Below the pieces are notes generated by a model that was not told the DNA's origin, searched no databases, and worked only from the letters and a program-made list of their open reading frames with translations. From the human T2T-CHM13v2.0 reference genome, Homo sapiens, in the NCBI RefSeq assembly GCF_009914755.1, contig NC_060926.1: a stretch of DNA of 64,000 bases; one strand, 5' to 3'. Both the position numbers and the translations under genes were made by a program. The first letter of the stretch is position 1; every line of letters begins with the position of its first letter. Shown piece after piece: positions 14,182 to 28,980 of this stretch.

Positions 14182-14395
14182 CAGAAGGTCTAAACCAGGG
14201 GTGATTTTGCCCCCCAAGGGACATTTGACAACATGTAAAGACAATTTTGGTTGTCACAACTAAGGGAGGGCTATTGGCATCCAGTGAGTAGACGCCAAGG
14301 ATACTACTAACCATCCTATAAGACAAAGGACAGGCCCCTATGTCAAAGAATTCTGAGGCCCCACATGTCTACCATGCCAATCTTCAGAAACCCCG
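14182..14395 (+). mobile_element. MER20 hAT DNA transposon
   Basis: GGGGTGATTTTGCCCCC..GGGACATTTG...TTTTGGTTGTCACAAC...TGGCATCCAGTGAGTAGA...AGAAACCC. Confidence 0.88.
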
Positions 14396-15899
14396 TCCTA
14401 ACCTTTTAAATTTGACCTTATTTTCAAGCAAATTTCTTAGTTCAGAGGAAGCACTCTTTTAAGGTAGCAACAGAATGGTGCATGCTAGTAGTGCCTCTCT
14501 TGCCCAGTGCTGCTGGATTGGTACTGAATTTAAACTAGTTAATGTGAATCCAGGAAAAACAAGGGCAGGTCATCATTTCAAGATAAAATGACTAACATGA
14601 AACTTTAATAGCCCTCAGTGTTGCACCGCTTTCTTTGTCTTTCTATGACAATAAACATCATATTTATGATTACTTTGTTTTTGTTAGGTGTGAAGATAGA
14701 ATTCTAATGAACCATCAAATATCATAAAAAGGCAGTGAGAACAAGCACCTGGCTCAAAGGTCCACTGCCTGCTCATATAAGGTCCTAAATTCACTCTGGT
14801 AGTCTATATAAAACAAATGAGCTGTAGAAAAATGCTTTTTCTGGCAGTGTACCTATGTACCTTAAAACATTTCTCACTAGGAAAAAAAAAAAATAAAGCA
14901 AACATATACACATAACCCCCCCAAAACAACAAAAAAACTCTGTGTTGGCTAAAATGGCAGACACATTTTAAAGTATGCAGAGCATACATTTCAGTACTAA
15001 ATTATTGCAAATAAATAAATCCAGAGAATGTAAAATGAAATATACAGGACTTCAACATATCCAAATGTCAACGAACAACAAGTAGTTGAAAGACCAGCCT
15101 TTTAATATGCACCAAGACCAATTCTTGGGCTACAATATACCTGTTCAAATAAAACAAAATCAACTTAATGTGAAGCATGTGTTGAAGGTACTCTATCCCT
15201 TTAACTATCTCCACTTGGCTGTTAGAGTGAAATGGTGTTAGACTATTCTCATTAACTTTTAAAAGCTTAAAGAAAAGCCAGAATTTTACACTTCTCAGAG
15301 CTAATAGGCCTTTCGTTTATTGCCAATCTTAAGTAAAAATTCACAAGTAGAAAGATGCCAAAACATATTTGTCTCTCTGGATACCTTTATAATTTTTTTT
15401 TAATTTCACCAAATCAATATTTACATATTTTATATTTTAATTTATACTTTTCATATGCTAAAATTATTTTTATAATGCACTTAATGGCTTACAAAGATTA
15501 ACACAAATAGCAAATAAAAAATAAATCTAAAAATGTAATGAAACGTACCAAGAACACAAGAAAAAGAGAAAATAAGAACAATGAGATGGAGACAGAAAGA
15601 GAGGCACACAATTTACAGTCCTAGAGACTCACTTGTAGAAGCCACTGGGAATTTTGAAAATGTCAGATTGTATCTCAATAAATAACTATAAAATATGAGC
15701 TCAGAATATACCATATCCCATATCCTAAGACACTGCAGTCCCTCATTTTGGTAAAACTATTGTTTGTCTTTTCTTTGCCATGTCCTGTCTTTAAAAATAA
15801 ATATCCTATTGTAATTTAATAACTCTCTTTATCTCAGCTATGCTACGTCCCTCAATTAGTCCCATACCCAAATGGCTCACAAACACACAACACTCTTTT

Positions 15900-17378
<1,479 letters not shown>

Positions 17379-17510
17379 ATAAAAGTTAACTATTTGAGAT
17401 GTTGGTGCTAATTTCTGAACCAGTGATATACACTGTGTAGAAAGGCACATAATGGCATAAAAGGTCAGTGTTTGAAAATTATTAAAAGGATAACATAATG
17501 CCCCAAGACC

Positions 17511-17740
17511 AATAATAAATTCTTACATATAGAACTCTTATGGTACTGTTTATACACATTGTTTTATTACTCCAGATACTCTATGGGACAGAGGATATTA
17601 TTCTCCTTTTTATCAAGAGAAAACTGAGCTTAAAAAAGTTAAGTAACTTTCTCAAAGTGTTTTAAAATGTAAATGATAGAGCTGGGATGTGAACCCAGGT
17701 TGTAGTCATTTCAAAGTCCGTGACCTCTATGCTGCATAGC
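17511..17740 (-). mobile_element. MIR SINE
   Basis: GAAAACTGAGCTTAAAAAAGTTAAGTAACTTTCTCAAAG...AGAGCTGGGATGTGAACCCAGG. Confidence 0.8.
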
Positions 17741-20349
17741 ATTAGTAGTGTCTAAATTTAGGTGACTATTTGGGGGAGGAGGTCATGAATTTTTTTTAAT
17801 GTTAATAATCTTCATTCATTTAATAATTTTGGATGATCGCCCTCTATAACAGAGACTTCTACATTTCATGTAAATATACCAGGGTAAAACTTTGCAATTT
17901 TTAAAATCACAGCATTAACTATACAATGGGGTCACTCAATGAAAATCGTTTATGAATATGACCGAAGATTTCATTATAAAAACACCCACCACCAGTAGCC
18001 CAAAAACATTACAACAAGGCTCTTGTGTGGAAAAAAAAGTATTTCTCTTTAAGAAAGACTTTTCTTCTTTTTTTTTAATCACTGGCACAAAAATTTTCTC
18101 AGAAAACACTAAGGAATATCAACCAATCAAAGACACAAAGGTTTATCAAGGAAGGTTTATGGAAAGCAAATGTTCTCCAAATATGCAAATCCAAAAAGGA
18201 AGGACAAGGCTGGGTGAACCCTGTCTGCAGATAGCACAGAGTAACTGAGTAATCACAGAGTAATTGTGACTGTTTCAAGAACTGTGTTTCAGATCATGTT
18301 AACTTGAGGAACAATAAATAAATCTTGCTAATTCAGTGAAACTGCTGGTTTTATGAAGAACCTATTGTGGGCCAATATTTTATAATTCAATATTAGTGAT
18401 ACACTGGGCAAATTTTCTCATTAATGACACTGCATCATCAAACTGCATAAATGCTCCACTGACCCTAACTATTTGCTACTGACCTCCACAGTCTGCTGGA
18501 AGTAGCAGTTGTGTATGTATTCCAAATTTAAAAAGCAAATTTCTATTTCAAAGGACAGATCTGTGACTGCCTTTAAACAATACAGACTCATTTAATATCT
18601 AATTTATTCAGAACTGAAATAATGTCACACAAAAAGCTCTACTTTTCTTTTTCAGTAACAGTATGGAAGCTGTGATTTCTGAGCAATAATAGAAGAATAC
18701 TTCAGCCTCTCAGCCATTACAGTAAGCAGAGAATGCAAGAGAATGCATGAGTTCTTTTGTGGAAATTGGCAGATAATGGCAGCTTTTCTGAAATCTCCCA
18801 CTTTTTTAAATTGGCAATCCGATAAAACCTTTAAATTTGGGGAGTGGGAGGAGGAAATGTTTCAATAACCACATATTAAAAATAACTTGCTAAAGAAAGG
18901 CCTTGAGGCTCTCGGATATACTAAGAACAAACAATCAAATGTATCCTGTACCTGGGAAGACAAAAGCCTCACAATCACGATGTTAAAAGGCAAGAACCTT
19001 GGGCTCCAGAGGTTAAAGGGTAGCATCCTGATGCCATAATTAGGCAACTGGATGCATAGCAAGAAGAGTTCTGGAGGGGCAATTAGAATTGTCACCAGAT
19101 CCATCCTGGATACATCACTAAGTGTCTCTAAGCCTTAGTTTTCTGTCTTTGGAACACTTGGTTTGGCTCAGTGCTCTATTAGGCCTAGCCTAGAATTCAA
19201 GATTCTAAACTCTCAGCAGGAATTTTACCTACAAAGAAATATAAAACTAGACTCCACATTTTTGAGTCCTAATTCAGAGACAATGTTGATAATTTTTATA
19301 TCATTGTATGTCATAAATCTGTAGATGTCAAAAATTCTTACAAATCCTTATGATTATGGATTTTCTGACAGTACAGTAGAAATCGACCAAGGGCACTGGG
19401 TTCATTGAGGATATTTTATTAATGAGACTTACTTTTTGATTAAAAAGTATGTATTAATATTGATTTCAACATACCTCCATTATGCAATGTGACTGAAAAC
19501 AGAAAATACTAGTCACAAAGTGAAATGTAATTCTATTTCTTTTAAATACTTCTGCACCTATCCATTTAAAAATATTTGGATGAACCACAAAAAATGTCTA
19601 TTATGCATCAATTTTTTACCTAAGCAAACCTGCAATTTTATACGTTTTAAACTGAATGAACTTGTTTGTATGTGTGTATAACATGAATTAAAATGCTAGG
19701 TAATTCCAATAATCAACAGGATATCCTGCATTATCAGACCTTACTAAATAAAACAAGCTTTTATCGGCTACTTACTCTATTGCATTGGTCTTAACTCTAT
19801 TCCATAATGGCACAGTTTAAATCAATGTTTTATTTTTATATTATCATTTTCCTAAATGCACATAGCAGGAGGGGAATTTTAACATTGTCTTCATTATTTT
19901 ATAGGAAGTATCACAGATTATGTAAGTATCTTGTCCAATGGGGATAATATGAAGATAGGCTAAAGTCTTTTGGGGCTTAAAAACTTAGTACATCAAAAGG
20001 AAATATGTGGAGTTATTCAGGCATATGTCTTTTATTGTCATTGAAACATAATAGAATTTGGTTACCTTTATGGTTATTCAAATGCTGAAAAAATTATCTG
20101 TGATTTAAAAAAATCAACTGGCAGCATAAGCACTGTCATCAGTTGATGCTGATTTCTCTAAGCTCCTTAGCCTTTATATCACTTCTACTCGTACAAGGGA
20201 TGCTTTGTATATTTCTCAGGCAAGTTTCTCATTTTATTTTGTTTTGTTTTTAAATTCTAAGTAGCTTTAAAAATTGTGCTATTGTTCCATCTATTCTTCT
20301 TTCCAATTTTGTTAGGCATTTAGTGACAGTGGGCTTTGGTGGAAACTTA

Positions 20350-20715
20350 TCCATTGCTCAGACCAGGGACATGAGTCTTGATTAGCCAAGACATTCCTGG
20401 TAGAACCCTTCTAATGCCTGTGACTGGCTCAGAAAAGGGCCAATGACACTGGAGGAAAACTGCTGGGGAACTTATGGGAAAGGTTCTCATTTGAAACATA
20501 CACCCACCCAGCATCCTAGTTTATCTAAGGATGCAGTTATATGAGGATGCAATGAATGAAACTACTGCACCCATTTTGTGATCACAGTGCGACATAACTA
20601 AGGGCAAAAGCCAATATGCTGAAGATGGCAGAGTGAAGATGTCCAGGTTCTAAAGAACCTGGAGTTGTCAAACTACCTGAGCTTTGGATTTTTTGTTGTG
20701 TGACCTAATAAACTG
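20350..20715 (+). mobile_element. Old MaLR LTR (MLT1I/J-like)
   Basis: TGACTGGCTCAG, CTGCACCCATTTTGTGATCAC, AAGCCAATATGCTGAAGATGGCAGAG, TTTGTTGTGTGACCTAATAAA. Confidence 0.65.
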
Positions 20716-22396
20716 GTGTATTTTCTCCTTAAAGAGAAAGATCACATTTCTGTATGTGTGTTTGACTGTGTGAATATGTGTGCCTGTGTACGTATATAAA
20801 ATGGTCAATAAAATGTTAATGCTGATTTTTTAAATGAGTTTTTTTCCAGTATTTCTTTACTGGCAGAATTAAAGTTGGTTATAATCTCCCCCACTTTTTA
20901 TGCATGTTCCTATATTTAGTGTAGGAGAGTTAAAAGGACAAGGAGGAAGGATGAGGCAAAAAGATGGAATAAAATTTTATTTTGGAATCAGAAATTGATT
21001 ACTAAGAACAGTGACTTGAAGCAATTCACTTTTGGAGTATCTGTCATAATCAATAACTACCCACAGCTTGGTTAATGAACGTTATTTTTAGTTGAATTAC
21101 TAACAAAGGAAACAATTAGATATGATCACCAACATTTTCATGCATTAATGCCAGTGCAAATTAACTCCTACCACTAAAATTACTCCTTCTGTCTGTCAAA
21201 ATCTGTGACGGCTATGACTTACTGCACGCAGAGCATAATTGTGTCTCCCTGCCTGCATAAAGCTGACACATAAAATCAATATTAATTAAAAAAAGATCAA
21301 AATTGTCCTCATTATCTTATTTGGCTGTCTCTCCAAAATAGGGTTACCATTTATGACAGAATAAAACAGAGTCTGGACTTAAATGATTCCTCCTGCCAAA
21401 TAATAAATGATCCTTTTATTGGTTGGATCTATTAATAAATATCTATTTCTCTATGGATGAAGTTATGCATAGTGTAACTTTGAAAAAGGACCCAATGTCT
21501 AACTATAAATTCATCTAGACTATCTATGACACTTTGCCATGGATATATTTTTGTTCTACACATCTGTATTCTCTATTCTCTCCTCTGCCCAAATGCTCCT
21601 AATACAAGAAAAGAATAATCATTTATATCAGAAGTTGAGGATCACTGTGCCCTGCAGAATGTATATAATTTATTTGACATTTTATCTTTTCTATTATAAT
21701 GAATACAATTTTAAGTTTTATTATTATTACACATTTATTTTAATGAAAAATTTGTGGGTTCCTAAAATACTGAGAGAAATATGTGAGCTCAGGAGATTTC
21801 TCATGTTCATCAGGAGGTTTTGCAAATTTGTGCCTCAGCTTATGAGGTTTCATGATACTTCTTTTCCTTTCCACTCCATTTTCTTCATGCTGGCTTTCCA
21901 CACAGCACCTTAATGAATAAAATGACAATTCCAGAGAATGTTACCATCACTAGGATGACTTAGTATGGAACCCTAACCCTAATCATCTCAAATCGATTGA
22001 CCCCCAGAAACAAAAATCACAGGGTTAGTTTCTTCTGTTCTTTCCTGCTCCCAGTGATGCCTTACAGACATCTCTGAGAACTGGGAGTCTACATGATGTG
22101 AGATATTTTCTTATTACCATCAAAACTCATTCAAACAATATTCGCTTTAATAAGTTGGTGTTTACTTGCCAACAAATATCAATAACTCACAACCACAAAA
22201 AATAATTAAAAAGGAAAAGAAAATAAAAGAAATATAGGTGGTTTATGAATATTCAATCAATCACTTTAAACCACAGGTAATTTTATCACTTATTTTGTCC
22301 CATTTTAACAATTTATGCTCAAGATATAGTAAAATGAAGTAAAGCTTAAACCTTTGACTAAATGTTTCAAAGAGAAAGAAATTTAACTTTGAGAAT

Positions 22397-22448
22397 TGCA
22401 ATATTTACATATATATAAATGCAATATTTACATATATATATATATATA
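22397..22448. repeat. 23-bp tandem duplication ending in (TA)n
   Basis: TGCAATATTTACATATATATA starts at 22397 and again at 22420. Confidence 0.85.
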
Positions 22449-22547
22449 CTCTTTTTTCTTTTCTGCCCTTAAATTGCCACTTATACATAGAGTACATCAC
22501 TTCTGCTATCCAAATGATTTGGTTTGCTTTACAGAAACCCAAGTTTG

Positions 22548-22946
<399 letters not shown>

Positions 22947-24609
22947 AATAAATAATAACATCGGCAGATTCTAACACTCAGTCATATAGACAATAACTTC
23001 AGGAAATATTCTCCACAACATTACTTACTTCCACATTTTCACATTAAAGGTGAGGAAAATTGATTTCTGAAGTTCAGTAGATAGACCCAAAATCATCCTC
23101 CAATTAGCTGGTGGCATAGACTGAACAAGTGAAGAGACAATGTTCAAGGTCACTAGAACTTGCTGTAGCACATGTGAAAATTGTAGCAGAAATAAAAGTA
23201 TAAGAAAAGACAGTGGTTTCCAAAATAACACTGACATTTTCACTATAGAGAGATGACAACAAAATTAGAACATTTAAATATTTTTAAAGGATTTGTTTTC
23301 TCTTCTATGACAAAAATTTGATTTGACTTTTGCATTAGTGAAGCGATATGCTTTTTGAACTTGAGGTTAGGTGGGTCCCTACCTCGTGTCTTTGTTGCTA
23401 TCAGTTTGTACAACTAAAATCTAAATGCCTCGGTTTCCTTCTAGGAATTATGAGCTATGCACTTAAAATTCACTGAAATTTTAAAGTGGGTATGCTCTAC
23501 TAACAAAATTAATAAGAAGATGTTAATTGAGGGTGGCAAACTAAATACAGGAAACTGCTCAGCATTTTTTTGTCAGAAAATATTTCAAATGAGACAATTT
23601 TGTGCCTCAAGAGTTTATGTTAGCTGGGAAATGGGGAAGGGAAGTTGGGAGAATATCTGAAGAAAGGGAACATTTAATGAACATTAAATAATAAGACTTA
23701 ATGTTAAGCACTTCCCACATCAATTTTGTTTTCCAGAAATCCAATGAGAAAGGTAATTTGCAGATGAAAAGAAAATGGAATGTCAGTTAATTTGACAAAT
23801 GTCAAAGACATGTTTAAAACTTTGAAACTTATCTAACAGATTTAACCATCACGTGATCTTTTAAACCCTCACTACAGTCCCATCTTCTCCTTTTCCTTAC
23901 TTATAAAACAACCCTAGATTTCCTTTTCAGTGTTAAATAGTATTCTACCTTGAAAAGAAGTAAGACATGACTACTTTATACTGAATTTATTCAATAAAGA
24001 AAGAATTTGATCACACATTTCTGAATAATTACTGCTTTGTGACAAAATGAAAATTAATGGAAACAGAAAGTTTCCTCCTTCATAGAATCACCATTTACTC
24101 ACTAGCTTTGAAACTAATTCTAGCCCAAGATTGCCCTCAAACCAGGTCCAAACACAAACTGTAATCCTTATAAACACCATAACTATGCAGGGTGGAATTA
24201 TCACCCACACTGAGCCTTTTCTTTCAAGTGTTATTTCTGATTTCACATGTGTTGAGAACATTTATATACAAGACCTGAGCTACACAATTTTAAATGTTAT
24301 TACTTGTAAAATATAAGCTGTGTCTTTATAGTCACATATCTTTATAATGTTACAAGAAGGAATAATAATATAAACACCATCACAGTTAATTTATAATAAT
24401 TTGGTAAAAACAATAATATTTTAATAATGAAGCTAAGGTAATATTTGTAAGCAAAGGAAATCCCCAATGTGGAACAAAAAAGAATGAACAGCAAAGAGGC
24501 CATCAAGACCTCACAAGTGCTCATCTCCCCAGATATAAGTACTTGGTCAATATATGTAAGAAAATATTTTCTCTCTAATGATAAGAATAAAAACATTAAT
24601 TATAACAAG

Positions 24610-24860
24610 ATATAATTAATAATCAGTTACTACTTATCGAGAATCTATTAAATCTGAATTATTCCATTCATATTTTTAAAGGGCTTGTATATATACATAG
24701 TTTTTCATATGCGGGTATATGGACCCATATACATATAAATGGTCCTTCATTTATTCTATTGACCTTCGGAAACTTGTTTTCCCCATTTTATAGATGATCA
24801 AATTGAGGTCCAGGCTACTTAAGTGACTTCACTGAAGCAAAATCCAAGTAGAGAGATATT
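24610..24860 (-). mobile_element. MIR remnant
   Basis: CCCCATTTTATAGATGATCAAATTGAGGTCCAG...TTAAGTGACTT. Confidence 0.65.
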
Positions 24861-25219
24861 ACCTGTTTAATTAGTTGACATGCACTGAGCTTTAGATTGT
24901 GAATATGTATATTCATAATAATAAGATTATGGTTACATGAAACTGTAAAAAATGCTGTTCTTTTCTAGGGAAATAAACACATGCTTAGCACAGAATGTTA
25001 AAAGTAGCATGGAGTAGTATGAGATAAAATTAAACATTTGCTTTCAAGGTTATGGCAACAAATGACCACAAAGAGAAAAAATGATAACTGAATCATAATT
25101 TTCTGACAATCTCTTGGTGTTTCTGTATTCCTCCTTTGTGCTTCACATGCTGCCCTCTCAGTGAAAAGCAACTATAAGCACATAGTCTCCAACTGAGCAT
25201 GCGGCTGGAAGGCATGCAC

Positions 25220-25458
25220 CATCATGGTTAATTAGGCAGGCTTCAGAATTCAGCAAGTAGGGTGAATCTTAGCTATATCACTTCCTAGCTAGGCAACCTT
25301 GGGCAAGCATTTAATCTCTCCAAATCTCTGTTACTCATCTATACAATAAAGTTGATAATAGTATCTACATGAAATGACTATAGCTAGAATTAAATAAGGC
25401 CAGGGCTATCACAATACTTGGTCCATAGTAAGTGCTCAGTAAATCATGCTTATTTTTA
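25220..25458 (+). mobile_element. Near full-length MIR
   Basis: CACTTCCTAGCTAGGCAACCTTGGGCAAG...CATAGTAAGTGCTCAGTAAAT. Confidence 0.85.
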
Positions 25459-25538
25459 TATTTATATCTGCCCCCCCCCCAGGACTGAAAAAAAACCACT
25501 TTAACTTTTTCCTCTAGAGGTATTACTGCTAATAAGTG

Positions 25539-25607
25539 CCTCCCCTCCCCTCCCTTCCCTTCCTCTCCCTTCCCCTCCCCTCCCCTTCCCTCCCTTTTTC
25601 TCTTTCC
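25539..25607. repeat. (CCCCT/CCCTT)n pure polypyrimidine tract
   Basis: About 69 consecutive pyrimidines. Confidence 0.9.
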
Positions 25608-25719
25608 ATTGAGAAAACCAAATCTAACATGAACATGGCATTTTCCTTTCTGTCTTGGTATAGCCTATCATTTCTGGATTCACCATATGGTTAATAGATG
25701 GTGGTGAGACATAGTGTGG

Positions 25720-26097
25720 TATATTAGTTCATTCCCATGCTGCTGATAAAGACATAAGCAAGACTGGGTAATTTATAAAGGAAAGAGGTTTAATTGATTC
25801 ACAGATCAGCATGCCTGGGGAGGCCTCAGAAAACTTACAATCATGGTCGAAGGGGAAGCAAACATGTCCTTCCTCACATGGCAGCAGGAGACAGAAGAAC
25901 GAGAACCGATTAAAGGGGGAAGCCCCTTGTAAAATCATCAGATCTCATGAGAACTTACTCACCATCATGAGAATAGCATGGGGGAACTACCCCCATGATT
26001 CAATTACATCCCACTGGGTCCCTTTCATCACACGTGGGGATTATGGGAACTACAATTCAAGATGAAATTTGGGTGGGGACATAGCTAAACCATATCA
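25720..26097 (-). mobile_element. THE1 (THE1D-like) solo LTR
   Basis: TATATTAGT...GGGTGGGGACATAGCTAAACCATATCA; TSD TGTGG/GGTGG. Confidence 0.93.
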
Positions 26098-26447
26098 GGT
26101 GGAAATTTTAAAACACTAATCAAGAAGACAGAACCCTTCCTCTCACTGCCAATGGGACAACTAGCCCAGCCTCTTCTGTGTTCAGATCATAGCAGCATCT
26201 AGCAGTGACTTGAAGCTAGGGAAGCTCCATTTCAATTTCTGAGCTAAAACTTTTTCTCCTGGCACCCAAATTTATATTTCTGATTCAGTTTTGCCGTAGA
26301 AAAATTGTTATGCATGGTGGGGAAGTTCTAAAGTTGTTGTACATTATTACCTACCTCAAGAACATTAAGGATTAAGGAGGCTTCCAAGAGCTCACTGGTG
26401 TGAGGGGCTGGTGAGCAAGCGTACTACTGTATCAATGAAAAGATGAG

Positions 26448-26730
26448 GGATGGGCACAGGGGCTCATGCCTGTAATCCTAAAACTTTGGGAGACTCAGGC
26501 AGGAGGACTGCTTGAGGTCAGGAGTTTGAGACCAGCCTGGGCAACATAATGAAACCTCATATCTACAAAAAATTTTAAAAATTGGCCAGGCATAGTGGTG
26601 TCTGCCTGTGGTCCCAGCTACATGGAAGCTGAGGCAGAAGGATGGCTTAAGCCCAGGAGCTTGAGGCTGCAGTGAGCCATGATTATGATACTACACTGCA
26701 GCCTGGGCAACAGAGCAAGACCCTGTCTCA

Positions 26731-26766
<36 letters not shown>

Positions 26767-26769
26767 AAA
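26448..26769 (+). mobile_element. AluJ with (AAC)n tail
   Basis: J-diagnostic GCCTGGGCAACATA, AGCCCAGGAG, GAGGCTGCAGTGAGCCATGAT; (AAC)n tail. Confidence 0.93.
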
Positions 26770-26866
26770 TGTGGTCTGATTTTCAAGTACAATTCACAAA
26801 GGCACATTTGAAACACAATCCACTCAGAGACTGGGGGCTGCTTTTCCCTTTCTTTTCATTGGCCAC

Positions 26867-26893
26867 TGGCCACTAGAGGGCTGCTGTGAGTCA
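26867..26893 (+). promoter_or_regulatory. Candidate CTCF core site with adjacent AP-1 site
   Basis: TGGCCACTAGAGGGC matches the CTCF core CCASYAGRKGGC; TGAGTCA at 26887-26893. Confidence 0.5.
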
Positions 26894-27889
26894 TCCCCCT
26901 TGTCAGAGGCTCTTAAGGCTCATAGTTCTGAAATTAGGATGCATTTCAAGGGCGGGACCAAATTCTCCTCCACTTCTACAGTATCTGCAGAGTGTCTAGA
27001 AATGAGAAGGACCGTTTCAAGAGCTCATAAATATCCTGTTGTGGAAGACAGATGAATGCTCTGGGTTGGAAGCAAATTTTTTTTTAACACATACCTAGGG
27101 AACTTATGAACACTCTAGTTAGCTTCTTCAATGTGTCTGAAGACTGCTCACACTCCTGTTGACAAGTAAAGAGGGTGAACTCTAAGAAGTATATTTAAAT
27201 GCAAAAATGAACCCAGTTCATGTGCTTTTCTTGTACTCTCTGTGTTTTAGGGTAGATTATCATGAGTGGTAAAGAAGATAGAGACCGGCATTAGAGGGTG
27301 GGGCTTAGATACACACTCATATACAACGGGTCATTTAGGTTGCACAAAAATCAGAAAGATGGCCACAGATCAGAAGTGGTTTTCCACTCAAACCACTGAC
27401 CTCTGGGTTGTCTTTCTGAAGAACTTCTTTCCTGTTGGTTAGAGTTTACTTGGTATGTTCTTGACCCGTGAGACAGGAATGAGGAGATCAGACAAATGGG
27501 AGGTCAGAAAGGAGGAAGAGATTATTCCCATGTGGAATGAGGTTTCCTAATTTATAGATTCCTCTGTGGATGTTTGGTGGAAACAAACCTCTCCCCATTT
27601 GCTTAATTTTCTCTTGCTCTTCACACAACACAGTCAACCATATGTTAGACTCTTGAAGGTTCCATCTCTTTCCCTGGTTTTCTTTTAATTCTATTTCCTC
27701 TCACCCCAAGCCAATCCAGAGGGTGGAATTCCAACTTCGATTCAGACATCAAAGCCAGTGTGGCCACACTTGATCTATCTCATCTTCTTTAATAGACTTA
27801 ATTCTTCTCAAGGCAGGTCAAGATTCTATTATCTTTGGTAATTTTATCTAATTCATTAATCAAGAACAGGATTTTCTACATGAGTAATA

Positions 27890-28400
27890 TGAGTAATAAT
27901 AATATCCATCTATGTGCTAATCTTCTAATTATTTTACACATATTACTTCGTTTCTTCTATGAACAGCCTATCAGGAAAATTGCTGGCAACATTTTAGAGA
28001 TGAAGATACTGAAGCACACTGTGGTTGAGCAACTTGCCCAAGGCTCGCAACCAGGAGAAGGTGTATATGGGATGTGATCACCAAAAGTCTGTTTTCCATA
28101 TCATCAACACTGTCCTAGCTGTGGCTAAACACCTCTACCTCTGCTATGACCAGCAGTCTCTATTTTTGAGCTGCACCTAGCATGCACCAGACATGATAAT
28201 GATAATCTCACAAGCGTCACTTCCCTTAGTATTCAAAACAACATCATCAGCTGGGTACTGTCCCCACGTATAGACGAAGAAACAGAGGCTTGGCAGAGTT
28301 TAGTGCGATATCAGAGGTCACACCTCTAGTAATAACCCAACCAAGACTGCTGAATGTTTCTCTGACTGCAAAGGCTGTACTTTTACCCAGCAAATCATGT
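27890..28400 (-). mobile_element. Two tandem MIR remnants
   Basis: ATTTTAGAGATGAAGATACTGAAGCAC..GGTTGAGCAACTTGCCCAAGG and TATAGACGAAGAAACAGAGGCTTGG..GGTCACAC. Confidence 0.7.
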
Positions 28401-28479
28401 TGCTCCTATAGAAAGACTGCACCCAACCGTCCCTGGAAATACCATAGGCCTGTTTTAGCACACTGCGCAGCACTGATAA

Positions 28480-28980
28480 GGTTAAATAGAAACTGTGATT
28501 ATGCATCACTGCATTGCTAATATCTCTATGAATAAAATGTCGATTTGATTTTCATTTAACCTCAAAAGAATCTGATTACCAAATAACCATTGAAGAATTA
28601 TTGGCAATTATGTTCTGTAATTATGGTGCCTGTTAATGTCATTAGCGTACAGCCTTTCATATTTAGTACTATTAATTAATCCCCATAAGCATAGAAATTT
28701 ATAATCAATATAACAAAGGCTCCATGGTAAATTATAAATACTCCCGAAATCCCTCCAACAGTTTACAGGGCTCCGTGGGCTTCCTTGGTTGGGACACATT
28801 TAGTTTGGGGGCTGCAAGAATCTGTGGTAATTGATAGCTTTTCACCCGGAATCGGCTATCTCACTAATGTGCCTAATTAGGCAAATGCTTAAAACTGGAG
28901 TCCCAACTGCCACTGACAACTATAAATTCCTGTAGGGCAATCAAAATAATTAACTGCTTGAGTCAAGAGACCCACAAATC
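28480..28980. promoter_or_regulatory. Putative conserved developmental enhancer
   Basis: Repeat-free; P3 homeodomain site TAATGTCATTA, TAATCC, palindrome TGCCTAATTAGGCA, locally retained CpGs. Function is inferred only. Confidence 0.45.

Noticed and set aside
15633-15685. Possible 53-nt minus-strand exon (ttttatag ... gtgagt)
   Set aside because: Weak polypyrimidine tract and donor context, and no recognisable peptide.
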